From the NCBI GenBank assembly GCA_028687545.1, contig JAQTZZ010000010.1, forward strand, positions 50,118 through 114,117: DNA of 64,000 nt. Reading direction: 5' to 3'. The position numbers and the translations under genes were made by a program. This DNA is from Candidatus Wallbacteria bacterium (lineage in GTDB: Bacteria; Muiribacteriota; JAQTZZ01). The number at the start of each line of letters is the position of its first letter. The first letter of the stretch is position 1. Of this stretch, positions 46,115 to 55,563 are shown one piece after another. The notes beneath the pieces are model-generated. The model saw nothing but the letters and a program-made list of their open reading frames with translations, was not told the DNA's origin and made no database searches.

Positions 46115-49042
46115 TTAATTCTTCGTCCCTGCGATGTTTAGAGGATCAATGCTGATCTTAGCCGGCAGTTCTGGCACTGCGACGTCCCTGTCCCCATGTT
46201 GAGTCGGAAGCCTGAGAATCATCCCTCCAGGGGGGGTGGCAGTCCCTGTAGCTGAGAATTCGATCTTTTTGCCGATTTTCCTGACCGAGTAACTCAGCAT
46301 GCCGTAATTGGTCGGGAGATTTTTGACAGTAACGCCACTCTTGAGCCAGTCCGCGTCGATTCCTGCGCAGAGGATCAGTTTGTCCCCTGATTCATAGACC
46401 AGCATAGTCCTGACTGCGTCGATGAATCCCGAACCTACCCAGGTGTGCGGCATGTCGCCGATGTAGGAAGGCTCCCTGGGATTAGCATGCACAAGTTCAG
46501 CCATGTGATTCCACGCATAAGGGCGGACCGAACTGGCGGTGAGGTATCTGAGCATGGCAAGAGCCCTGTCGCGCTGCCCCATTCTGACGAAAGCGTTGGC
46601 GGAGCGCACTTCATAGGGAGTGAATGTCCTCTCATGCCCTGGAACAGTACCCTTGCGGAATTCCTCGTAATAGCGGTCGAAAGTGTGTTTCAGCTGCTCT
46701 TTCGGGAGATTGTCGAGCTCCCCGCAGGCCACGACCGCTATGGCGGTTGAGGTGGCGTCGAAATCCGCCTTTTCCGTGCAGCCGGGAATATAGTCGATAT
46801 TCCGGCTTGAAATCACCAGATTGAGAGAGTCATACAGGCATTTGCTGAAGTCTGTGAGTTCGGCCTGCAGCATGGAGGCGTTCTCCTTGTCCCCCAGCAG
46901 CTCAGCGAGATAGATCGCATCCTTGATGCCGCGCAGGACGAAAAAATCATCCCAGTAACTGTGCATTCCGGGGTAATATCCTTCATGGCTGTTCGAACCG
47001 GGCAGTATGCCGTAGTTCGGGGCCTGCCTGGGATCGTTTTTTATCGCCTCGGTCATGGTGGAATGTCGCAGGTCTCGGGCGAATTTCAGGGAAGCGAGCA
47101 CCTTGGGATAAACGAGTTTGAGATACTCAATGTCATGGGAATAGTCGAAGTAGTTGCGGACTGCATAGGGATATTCACCCTGGCTGTCAAATTCCTTTCC
47201 ATCAGTGGAACTGTCATTTACGAAAGCCGGAGTTTTCCCGTTCTCAAATCTCATGAACGGCACATAGCCGTTGTCCGGGATTATGGTAGCAACCGCCTCC
47301 AGCCAGTCCCTGACTTCATTCACCAGTCCCATCCTCATCAGAGCGATGCCGGTGAGTGCGCCGTCCCTGATCCAGGAATGGGAGTAATTGCGCGATCCGG
47401 GCTGAATCCATGGCCCATCCTTGTTGATCAGGACATAGGCCAGGTTGGATTTCACCACGTCAGTCAGCCTCTTTTCCGGAATCCTGATTTCCACCCTGTT
47501 CGTAAGTTCACTCCAGCGCTGTGCCTCGGCAGATCTCGCAGATTCAAAGGAAAAACCGGCCAAAGCGCTTGGGGAGAATCCCCCTTCCATCGGATACGCG
47601 ACGAGGATGTCTTTTTTCTGCCCGGGCTTGAGATCCAGGCTGAACAGCACTGCTGCGGAAATCGCGCCTTCCTTGCTTCTGATGATTGGGGAATCCGGAA
47701 GAGATCCGTTCCTGACGCAATCCATGATTTCCGAAGTATCGAACTCCATGGCGGCCATCGAAAGGGGCCGGCTGAGTGCAATCAGTCCCGGCTGCCCGTT
47801 GATGCGGAGATATGAAAAATCGTCGCAGTTCAGGCATTCGCATCTGTCGATCGGGCTGAATCCTCCGTGCTGCCAGGTCGGATTCAACTGCAGCGGCCTC
47901 ACTACCAGGGCCAGCTTTCCCTTGAAAGCTTCCTTTTTATTGTTAGTGAAAGAGTATCTTACCGCTGTATGCGACTTTCCAAGAGTACCTGTACCGACGG
48001 CTGTGATTTTCAGATCCCAGCCCTTAGTCTCCCATCTGACGGTCGGGATCGGCAGATATCCGTCCTGAAGGCTCTGGGACACCTTGCAGTCCAGGGCCGT
48101 CCGGAGCTTCTTCCCGTCCAGCACGAACGGCATCACGCTGAATCCATTTTTGAAGGGTTCGACTGCACCGGTCTCAGAGAACACACCCTCGTTTTTCTCG
48201 ATCGGGATACCGACTACTGTCCAGAATTCCTGTTTCCAGGAAAGCCACATGGGGTATTCTCCCGGGTGTTTCCCGGACAGTGCCAGATAGGGTTTCGTTC
48301 TGTCTGCCTTTTCTTCGGACCCCTTGAATTCATAGCCAAGCAGATCGAATCCTTTTCCCCCGCAATTAATACGGATGCCACTGACTTCCACGGAGTCGAA
48401 ATAATCCCATTGTTCGCCTGATTTCCCCCTGGCAGTGCTGTAAACCTCTTTCCAGGCTTTACCGTCAGAAGTGGCTTCCAGAAAGTAAGAGACAGGATAT
48501 TTTTCACCCCATTTCAGGATTATACCGCCAAGAGGCATCGGCTTTGGCAGGCTGACCGTGAAACACGAGCGGTCACTTCCGGCGGTGAGAATGGGGGCGT
48601 CTTTACCGTCGATGAATCCGATTTCCCAGATCGAAAAGGCCCAGCTGCCTGTCCCACGTTTGATGCATTCGAGCTTCACTGCTGTTGCAGTGACAGGTTC
48701 GAAATGGATGATATCTGTATTGCCGTCCGAAGTGCCGGTTTCATAAACCTTATGCCACCCGCCTGACCCGCTTTTCACTTCGATCGCGTATTTTTCCGCA
48801 TGAGCATATTCCCATTTGATTACTATTCCACAGATCGAACGCGGGGAATCAAAATCCGCCTGCCACCATTGATTGTCTTCAGGCGCGCTGATCCAGCGGG
48901 TGTTCGGGTCTCCGTCAACTGCTAACTGCGCCGGGCATGTTTCCATGGAAGCCGAGGCAATGGCTGTAATGGCGGATTGGGCATCCACCTGAAGCGCAAA
49001 CAGGAAAATTGTCACAAGAAGCAGGATTGAATTTTTTGGCAC
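46115..49042 (-). CDS. Secreted multidomain glycoside hydrolase: two N-terminal F5/8 type C (discoidin) domains and a catalytic region of unresolved family
   Basis: Signal peptide. DGDPNTRWISAPEDNQWWQADFDSPRSICGIVIKWEYAHAEKYAIEVKSGSGGWHKVYE is a discoidin-type domain, and a second copy follows. The C-terminal ~600 aa include helical-hairpin regions with aromatic/acidic clusters such as WDDFFVLRGIKDA. Confidence 0.5.
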   Translation of the reverse strand: MPKNSILLLVTIFLFALQVDAQSAITAIASASMETCPAQLAVDGDPNTRWISAPEDNQWWQADFDSPRSICGIVIKWEYAHAEKYAIEVKSGSGGWHKVYETGTSDGNTDIIHFEPVTATAVKLECIKRGTGSWAFSIWEIGFIDGKDAPILTAGSDRSCFTVSLPKPMPLGGIILKWGEKYPVSYFLEATSDGKAWKEVYSTARGKSGEQWDYFDSVEVSGIRINCGGKGFDLLGYEFKGSEEKADRTKPYLALSGKHPGEYPMWLSWKQEFWTVVGIPIEKNEGVFSETGAVEPFKNGFSVMPFVLDGKKLRTALDCKVSQSLQDGYLPIPTVRWETKGWDLKITAVGTGTLGKSHTAVRYSFTNNKKEAFKGKLALVVRPLQLNPTWQHGGFSPIDRCECLNCDDFSYLRINGQPGLIALSRPLSMAAMEFDTSEIMDCVRNGSLPDSPIIRSKEGAISAAVLFSLDLKPGQKKDILVAYPMEGGFSPSALAGFSFESARSAEAQRWSELTNRVEIRIPEKRLTDVVKSNLAYVLINKDGPWIQPGSRNYSHSWIRDGALTGIALMRMGLVNEVRDWLEAVATIIPDNGYVPFMRFENGKTPAFVNDSSTDGKEFDSQGEYPYAVRNYFDYSHDIEYLKLVYPKVLASLKFARDLRHSTMTEAIKNDPRQAPNYGILPGSNSHEGYYPGMHSYWDDFFVLRGIKDAIYLAELLGDKENASMLQAELTDFSKCLYDSLNLVISSRNIDYIPGCTEKADFDATSTAIAVVACGELDNLPKEQLKHTFDRYYEEFRKGTVPGHERTFTPYEVRSANAFVRMGQRDRALAMLRYLTASSVRPYAWNHMAELVHANPREPSYIGDMPHTWVGSGFIDAVRTMLVYESGDKLILCAGIDADWLKSGVTVKNLPTNYGMLSYSVRKIGKKIEFSATGTATPPGGMILRLPTQHGDRDVAVPELPAKISIDPLNIAGTKN

Positions 49043-49128
49043 GATTCCTCCTCAAATGATGGACGCCTCCATTTTACACCTGAACGAACCTTTCAGTCAC
49101 TAGTGATCGGATAATTACAGCGTGCGCT

Positions 49129-52100
49129 TTGGAATATTTTGTGTTTTACTATCAATATATTTCAGATAATTCTGGAGGTTTCATGAAGTCCCTGGCCATG
49201 ATGTTTTTTCTCACCTTAATCGGCACACCGCTTGTTGCAGCGCAGGGTAACGTGATTGAATATTCCGGCAAAACTCCGGCAGGGCTTGTCGGCAACGGCA
49301 GAAGCGTAGTGAAAGTGCGATCCGACGGATACGAATTTCATACCGGAGGCGATGCGGCCGGAACCTTCGAGATCTTGATAGACGGCCATCCGGTCGGAAT
49401 ATCCTCGAAGGATGCAGGTTCAGTTTTCTTTCCAGGGGGTGTGGTTTACTCTCTTGCGGTGCATGGACTGAAAGTGGAGATTCTGCACGGCGCGACTGAG
49501 GAAAATCCGTATGTCCTGGCCGTCAGGGTGGCAGGTAAGAAGAAAAGCATAGCCCTGAAAATCAGCCAGCATGGCGCACCTGCTCTTTCCCGTTCCGGGC
49601 TGATCCCCATCGAGATGAAGAAAAACAAGGGAGAACTGATTCTATTCTCCGGGACAAAAGCTCCTCACGGCACTTTCAGCGATTTACGCAAACAATGGGA
49701 AGAGCAGTACCAAAAAGGTTTTGTCCTGAAGACCCCTTCGGAACTCGTGAACCGCGCAGTGCCTTTCAACCGCTATCTCCTTGATCTCGGATTCGACGGG
49801 CACCTGCATGTATGTGAAATCTTCCGCTGGCGCGATGTCTGGTCCCGCGATCTGGGAACCGGACTCGTACCCGGGGCGATGGCAAGCGGCCAGTTCTCCC
49901 GTGCCCGCACCACGCTCGAATATGATCTCGGGCGCTATGCGGCCAATAATCCGGCTGGTCTGAAAGCGACCGAAGACCCTTCGCAGGGAGGTTCTGCAGA
50001 GGGAACCTCCTGGCTGGCGAACGCTGTCTGGCATTATTTTCTCTTAACCGGAGACAGGAAATTCCTGGCTGATGCCGAAAAAGTCCTGCTGCCGTGGGTC
50101 AACGCCTGGATCGGGCGCGATTACCGCCGCGAAGGCCTGCTGGTCGACGTGACGGAATGGATGGACCATTCGCGGTTCTTTCTTTTCCCGGATGGGGCGC
50201 GCGTCCTGTATTCCAATGCCCTGTTCGCAGATCTGCTGAACACATTTTCCATGATCGAGCGGACCCTCGGTGACTGCTCGGCAGCGTCCAGGCTGCAAAG
50301 CGTGAGAGACAGGTTCGTGGCAGCGATCAACAACGTGCTCTGGAATGAATCGACCGGCGAATACGACAATCTTTCCCTCTGGGACTTGCGGGATACGCGT
50401 TCCTCTGCGGCGGAAAACAGCCTGGCGGTTTTATGCGGCGTAGCGCCAGCGGACAGGATCGGAAGAACTCTGGAAACAGTCAAAAACCGAAACTGGCGCG
50501 CTGCAGGCTCGACCACGATCTATCCGCCGATGTCGCATGTGGAAGCCAATTGTGACCATAATTACAAGATGTGGCCCTGGTGGAACGCCGTGGAAGCACG
50601 AGCCCGGCTGCAGAACGGAGACATAGCCGGCGGGATTCACCTGCTGGAATGTTGCTCAAAAACCCTGGAAGACGAGCACTATCCCGGAATGATGGAGGAG
50701 CTGACTTCGCCTGAAGGCGTGACTGAAGGCGGGAACGCCTTCCTGAGTGCCGCCGGTTCGTATCAGTACGCAATTGTCGAAGGGCTGCTCGGAATCGAAA
50801 TCCTTGAGCCAGGCTGCGCCAGGATTCGCGTATCACCGAACGTCCCTGCAGAATGGAAAGACTGGAGCGCCACGGTTCCGCTTCCCGGGGGCGAAATATT
50901 CCTCTCGCAGGAAAATGGGAAACTCTACATCCGCGTCACAGACCCCAGGGTGAAAATCGTTGAATCGGTCAGGGGCGCGGCGGTCGAAGGCGCAGAATCC
51001 GCAGCGGTTTCTCCGCGGATCTATCCGGATCTTGCAAAACTACCTTCCGTAAAGCCACTCGGCTGCCCTCAGTTGAAAAATCGCCGGGCCGCCGTGTTCC
51101 ACGACGACAGTTTCCCTGCCGCATTGCCGGACGGCCTGCCCAGGAGATACGTAACTGTCGATGAGCTTTTGTGCCTGGACTCCCAAAACATCTCAGCCCT
51201 GATCGTTCCCGGAAACGCCCTTCCCCTGAAGACCAGAGCCGGAGTCGAAATCCGTCCGGCCCTCACCAGATTCCTGGACCGGGGAAATGCGATCGTCTTT
51301 TACGGAGGGACCATGCAGGACCGCTGGACAATGGGTGAAACCGGCGGAATTGTAGACTGGTATGACTACCGCCACCTGCTTGCCGGCAGCCCCCTGGACG
51401 GATGGGTTTTCAAAACCTCCCAGGCCGGGACACAGGTTTGGAGGGAAACGGAATCCGGATTCGTAAATGGCTGGTTCAGACAGGACTATCCGGATCAAGA
51501 CTGGGAACCGGTCAAAATTCCCGGCACGTGGGAGGACCATCTGAAAAAATCCTATGAGGGATGGGGCTGGTACAGGCACCATTTTCAGCTTCCGGCAGAG
51601 GCCAGGGGCAGAAGCATTCTGTTCGAACTGGGGGCAGTTGACGATGCTGACTGGGTCTATCTAAACGGAATTCTGGTCGGTTCGGAATGGGGCCGCGATC
51701 ATTTCCAGCGCTATGCCTTGAAACCCGGCGATCCGGCCTATGCCTCGCTGAATTTCGGTAAAGACAACCTGATCGCAGTTCAGGTTGTCAACTACGGTGG
51801 AGGCGGCGGCTTATACAAAGACCCGCCCAGAATGGGTATCGAATCGGATCAATTTACCTGGGCTCCGATCGATGCCAGGACTGAAGCGACTCTGCTGGAA
51901 CCCAAGCGATTCGGGGTCATTTCCTGGGGAAAAGGCGATTTCTTCAATTCCTGGGAAACATCGCGCGGCGCGTTCGGGTTCAAGATCGCAGGCAGCGGGA
52001 TCGAATTCAGCGGGCCGCTGGCCGGGATGCCTTCCATCTCTGGCAGTGTCCAGGAAGCATTCACTGATTTCGCGATCAGTTCACCGCTGTTCTTCCAGCC

Positions 52101-52269
52101 ACTGGCATTCACAAAGACTGACAGAAAGCTTCTGAGCCCTGATGACGGCGAACGCTATCCCTGCCTGGCCAGGGTCGTGAATACCCGGACCGGCGGAGAA
52201 TTCATCATGATTCCCGTTTCAGTCACCGGAGCATGTCCGGAAGTGCTGGAAAAGCTGGGAATCAAATGA
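49129..52269 (+). CDS. Secreted large glycoside hydrolase (six-hairpin-type N-region) with a C-terminal GH2-type galactose-binding-like domain
   Basis: The probable start is at 49183 (MKSLAMMFFLTLIGTPLVAAQG). The C-terminal WEDHLKKSYEGWGWYRHHFQLPAEARGRSILFELGAVDDADWVYLNGILVG...NLIAVQVVN matches the GH2 N-terminal sugar-binding domain pattern. Confidence 0.5.
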   Translation: MEYFVFYYQYISDNSGGFMKSLAMMFFLTLIGTPLVAAQGNVIEYSGKTPAGLVGNGRSVVKVRSDGYEFHTGGDAAGTFEILIDGHPVGISSKDAGSVFFPGGVVYSLAVHGLKVEILHGATEENPYVLAVRVAGKKKSIALKISQHGAPALSRSGLIPIEMKKNKGELILFSGTKAPHGTFSDLRKQWEEQYQKGFVLKTPSELVNRAVPFNRYLLDLGFDGHLHVCEIFRWRDVWSRDLGTGLVPGAMASGQFSRARTTLEYDLGRYAANNPAGLKATEDPSQGGSAEGTSWLANAVWHYFLLTGDRKFLADAEKVLLPWVNAWIGRDYRREGLLVDVTEWMDHSRFFLFPDGARVLYSNALFADLLNTFSMIERTLGDCSAASRLQSVRDRFVAAINNVLWNESTGEYDNLSLWDLRDTRSSAAENSLAVLCGVAPADRIGRTLETVKNRNWRAAGSTTIYPPMSHVEANCDHNYKMWPWWNAVEARARLQNGDIAGGIHLLECCSKTLEDEHYPGMMEELTSPEGVTEGGNAFLSAAGSYQYAIVEGLLGIEILEPGCARIRVSPNVPAEWKDWSATVPLPGGEIFLSQENGKLYIRVTDPRVKIVESVRGAAVEGAESAAVSPRIYPDLAKLPSVKPLGCPQLKNRRAAVFHDDSFPAALPDGLPRRYVTVDELLCLDSQNISALIVPGNALPLKTRAGVEIRPALTRFLDRGNAIVFYGGTMQDRWTMGETGGIVDWYDYRHLLAGSPLDGWVFKTSQAGTQVWRETESGFVNGWFRQDYPDQDWEPVKIPGTWEDHLKKSYEGWGWYRHHFQLPAEARGRSILFELGAVDDADWVYLNGILVGSEWGRDHFQRYALKPGDPAYASLNFGKDNLIAVQVVNYGGGGGLYKDPPRMGIESDQFTWAPIDARTEATLLEPKRFGVISWGKGDFFNSWETSRGAFGFKIAGSGIEFSGPLAGMPSISGSVQEAFTDFAISSPLFFQPLAFTKTDRKLLSPDDGERYPCLARVVNTRTGGEFIMIPVSVTGACPEVLEKLGIK

Positions 52270-52301
52270 ATGGGTTAGTCCGATACTTGACAAGGTAAAG
52301 T

Positions 52302-55300
52302 TCAGCGATGCTGCTTTTTCGATTCAAACACTTTGCAGTCGTCGATCAGTTCATAGGCATTCTGATAACGCTTGGCAGCATCCTTTTCAATCGCCTTCAT
52401 CACTATCCGGTCAAGTTTCTGAGACACCTCAGGCACAATCCCGGATGGCGGGGGAGGTGAGGTGTTGAAAATCTTGTACAAGGCCTGCTCGGGGTTATTT
52501 CCCTTGAAAGGTAAGGTGCCTGTCAGGAATTCGTAAAGCGTCACTCCCAGCGCGTAAATGTCCGTGCCTTCGACAATGTCGCCACCCCTGAGTTGTTCGG
52601 GGGGCATGTAGTAAAGAGTGCCGAACACCTCGCCGGTTCCGGTCATGGATGCTACATCCAGAACCTTGGACAGGCCGAAATCCATGATCTTGGCGAGACG
52701 ATTCTGGTGCAGCATGATGTTGTCAGGCTTGATGTCGCGGTGGATGATGTTGTGGCTGTGGGCATAGGCAAGGGCTTCGGCCACCTGGAGGGCGATGCGC
52801 GCCACATGCTGCGGCTGAAGCCTGCCGAGGCGGTCCAGGATTTTCCTGAAGCTCTCGCCTTCCACGTATTCCATCACGATGTATGGTATCTCCCCTTCGA
52901 CGACCTCGAAGATCCTGACGATTCCAGGATGATCGAGCCTCTGGGCGGCCAGCCCGTCCCTTTTGATGAAGCGGCGGATGAATTTCAGATTGTCGCGGTA
53001 TTTTTCCGCAAGCACCTTGATGGCGACTGTCCGGTCGCGCTTGATGTCCAGTGCCTTGAAAACCACACCCATGCCGCCCATGCCGATCTTCTGGAAATCT
53101 TTGAAATTTCCAGCCAGGCCATCGATTATCAGGCCGGGGTCCGCGGAATCCGCGAACAATTCATAGGCAAGAGCCTGCTTCGCCTTGAGAGCCGGTGGCC
53201 CAATCTTTCCCAGTTCGCGCAGTTTGACCGTCAGCCAGGAATCATCCTCTTCGGTCAGCTTCCTGGTTTCTGCAGACATGGAATCCAGGTCGATCCGGTA
53301 CTGCTTGAAATAATCGCGGGATTTAGCCGATTCCCCCAGTTTTTCAAGCGCTGTTCCCATCAGAAAATTAAAGCTGGTAAACAGGACCGGGCATTGACCG
53401 TGGAAAAGCTTTCCGATTGCCTGAAGCCTTTCCAGGGCTTCCACGAATCTGCTGGAGAAAAGCAGCAATTCACAATAGGAATAATTCACTCTGACCTTGG
53501 GAGCGAAGTCGTCCACCTGGTCGATCGTTTCCAGCGCTTTTGCAAAATAATCTTCAGCAACATCTTCTTCCCCCAGCCTGAGATACGCCCTACCGATATC
53601 GGCATGCGTCCAGGCCGTAAAAACCGCGGAATTGGAACGCTGGAAAAAATCCCTGCTCTTCAGGCGGTATTCGATGGATTTCCTAAAATCTCCCTGATGG
53701 TAGCTGAGAGATCCCAGCAGGCCGCAGGCAGTCCCGGAAAGAGCGGAATCGCCTTGCTCCTCTGCCAGTTTCAACACCTCAACGGCGACCTGTCCAGCTT
53801 CTTCCATTCTGGCAAGTTTCAGAAGGAAATGCCCTTTCAGGGACAAAATATCTCCCAGAAAAGTTTTCATCCCGTTTTCCCTGGCCAGCCCGACTACCTG
53901 CTCGATCTCTGAGAGCGCTTTCTCAACGTTTCCCAGGTAGTCGAATAAAAACGAGTTGCATCTGAAATACAGGGCAGTTGCTTTCAAATCGGATGCGAAT
54001 CCCTGCATTTTAGGTATTTCTTCAAGAATTTCCCGGCTTTTTTCGAGATCCCCTAGCTGCAGATGGCACATGCCGATTTTGAACAGCAGCAGAAATTTCA
54101 AGGTCGGATCTGCTTCCTTCAGCAGGAGAGAGAATGAATCCAGCGCGGCTTCGATGCCGCCCTTGTAATATTCAATGCAGGCGGCAAAAAATGCCCTGTG
54201 TACACCCTCGATGGCTTCGATTTCCACCTGGGCTTCCTCAAATCTATTCTGCAGGATCAGCTGGTCGATCAGGGCCAGTTTCAAATCACGCTCACGGTAC
54301 CCGGCTGATTCGAGCTCGTTCCGGATGATGAACACAAGGTCGCAGCTTACAGACGGAAGGAACAGGTTCATATCTCCGAACTTAATCAGGGCATCAATGG
54401 CGGCATGCCTTTGTCGCGAAAAGAGAAAATGATTATAAATCTCTTTTACATACAGCGGCTCTGAACCGAAACGCTTCTGCAGCAGCAATGCTGCTCTGTC
54501 GTGCAGCTCCTCCATCTCTGCATCCGGTATCTTTTCCCTGATGAAACTCTTGAGGATCATGGGCAGGGAAATCTTGCCGAAGGAATCGTACTCGGCCAGG
54601 CACGAGTCTCTCAGCCTGTCCAGCATGGTTCCGTCATTGTCCGCTGCAATATCCCGCACGATTTCGCTGCCCACAGGGATGCGGAAAACACTGAGTTGCT
54701 TCAGGATCTGCCTGAAATCCTTAGTCTGGGATTTCCAGAAAGAACCCTCGAAAAAATGATTGATGATTTCATCGAGTTTTTTATCTCCGCCCCACTTGGT
54801 CAGGGTCATCTCTCCTGATAACAAAAGAGCGCAGATCGCCTTGACTGAAAAGGGATGTCCCTGGGACAGTTTGCAGATCTTTCTTTTCGTTTCCGCATCC
54901 GGGAGATCACGATTCTGAAACTCGAAGATCGAGTCAACCATTTCCAAAGTTTCGGATTCGATCAGCGGGGGCAGGAAGTATGTGAAAATGTCCGCTGAAA
55001 CTTCAATCGAGGTTTTCGGTCTGGTTCTGGAAGTGACGATCACCCTTCCCTCTGCAGAGGAAGAAGCCTTTTCAAGCAGGTCAAGCGTTTTTCTGCTTTC
55101 GCTCATGTGAAAATCGTCGATGATCAGCTTGATGTCCCTTTTGGACAGGAAATCAAGAAACTTTTCCGGATCATGGCAGAAGATCGGTACTTCCTTGTCG
55201 CCGGCATAAAGGCGCAGGGTGTCTGAGAGTGAACTGTAGAAATCCTCTTCAGTCCAGGCGTCCCTGCAGCGCAGGATGATTGAGTTCCACCCGTTCTTCT

Positions 55301-55478
55301 GCAGGCTGGCGAGCAATTCTCCTGTCAGCCATGTTTTGCCTGACCCGGGCAGGCCTACTATGCAGACGCAGCCGGCCTGGGAAAATTTGCGGACCAGGAG
55401 TTCTATGATGTCTTTTCTGGAAATTTTTGGACTCTCGTTCATTACCTGAATTTTATCTCTCAACGTTGAAAATTTCAA
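52302..55478 (-). CDS. P-loop NTPase (AAA_16/STAND-like)-TPR-Ser/Thr protein kinase, 1058 aa
   Basis: N-terminus: Walker A GLPGSGKTW and Walker B LIIDDFH. Middle: TPR-like helical repeats. C-terminus (about 52305-53200): a complete Hanks kinase with GMGGMGVV, VAIK, HRDIKPDN, DFGLSK and GTLYYMPPE. Confidence 0.85.
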   Translation of the reverse strand: MKFSTLRDKIQVMNESPKISRKDIIELLVRKFSQAGCVCIVGLPGSGKTWLTGELLASLQKNGWNSIILRCRDAWTEEDFYSSLSDTLRLYAGDKEVPIFCHDPEKFLDFLSKRDIKLIIDDFHMSESRKTLDLLEKASSSAEGRVIVTSRTRPKTSIEVSADIFTYFLPPLIESETLEMVDSIFEFQNRDLPDAETKRKICKLSQGHPFSVKAICALLLSGEMTLTKWGGDKKLDEIINHFFEGSFWKSQTKDFRQILKQLSVFRIPVGSEIVRDIAADNDGTMLDRLRDSCLAEYDSFGKISLPMILKSFIREKIPDAEMEELHDRAALLLQKRFGSEPLYVKEIYNHFLFSRQRHAAIDALIKFGDMNLFLPSVSCDLVFIIRNELESAGYRERDLKLALIDQLILQNRFEEAQVEIEAIEGVHRAFFAACIEYYKGGIEAALDSFSLLLKEADPTLKFLLLFKIGMCHLQLGDLEKSREILEEIPKMQGFASDLKATALYFRCNSFLFDYLGNVEKALSEIEQVVGLARENGMKTFLGDILSLKGHFLLKLARMEEAGQVAVEVLKLAEEQGDSALSGTACGLLGSLSYHQGDFRKSIEYRLKSRDFFQRSNSAVFTAWTHADIGRAYLRLGEEDVAEDYFAKALETIDQVDDFAPKVRVNYSYCELLLFSSRFVEALERLQAIGKLFHGQCPVLFTSFNFLMGTALEKLGESAKSRDYFKQYRIDLDSMSAETRKLTEEDDSWLTVKLRELGKIGPPALKAKQALAYELFADSADPGLIIDGLAGNFKDFQKIGMGGMGVVFKALDIKRDRTVAIKVLAEKYRDNLKFIRRFIKRDGLAAQRLDHPGIVRIFEVVEGEIPYIVMEYVEGESFRKILDRLGRLQPQHVARIALQVAEALAYAHSHNIIHRDIKPDNIMLHQNRLAKIMDFGLSKVLDVASMTGTGEVFGTLYYMPPEQLRGGDIVEGTDIYALGVTLYEFLTGTLPFKGNNPEQALYKIFNTSPPPPSGIVPEVSQKLDRIVMKAIEKDAAKRYQNAYELIDDCKVFESKKQHR

Positions 55479-55563
55479 ATGAGTTTAGAACCTGTATCTG
55501 AAAACAGGATAGACTTGGAGATGGGGTTTTAAATGCCGCCTGAGAAGAAAAAGAAAAGTGAAT

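Noticed and set aside
46961-48421. Plus-strand ORFs of 184-284 aa
   Set aside because: They lie inside and antisense to the secreted glycoside hydrolase 46115-49042. No motifs.
52593-53912. 439-aa plus-strand ORF
   Set aside because: Antisense to the kinase/NTPase gene, which has strong motif support. No family features.
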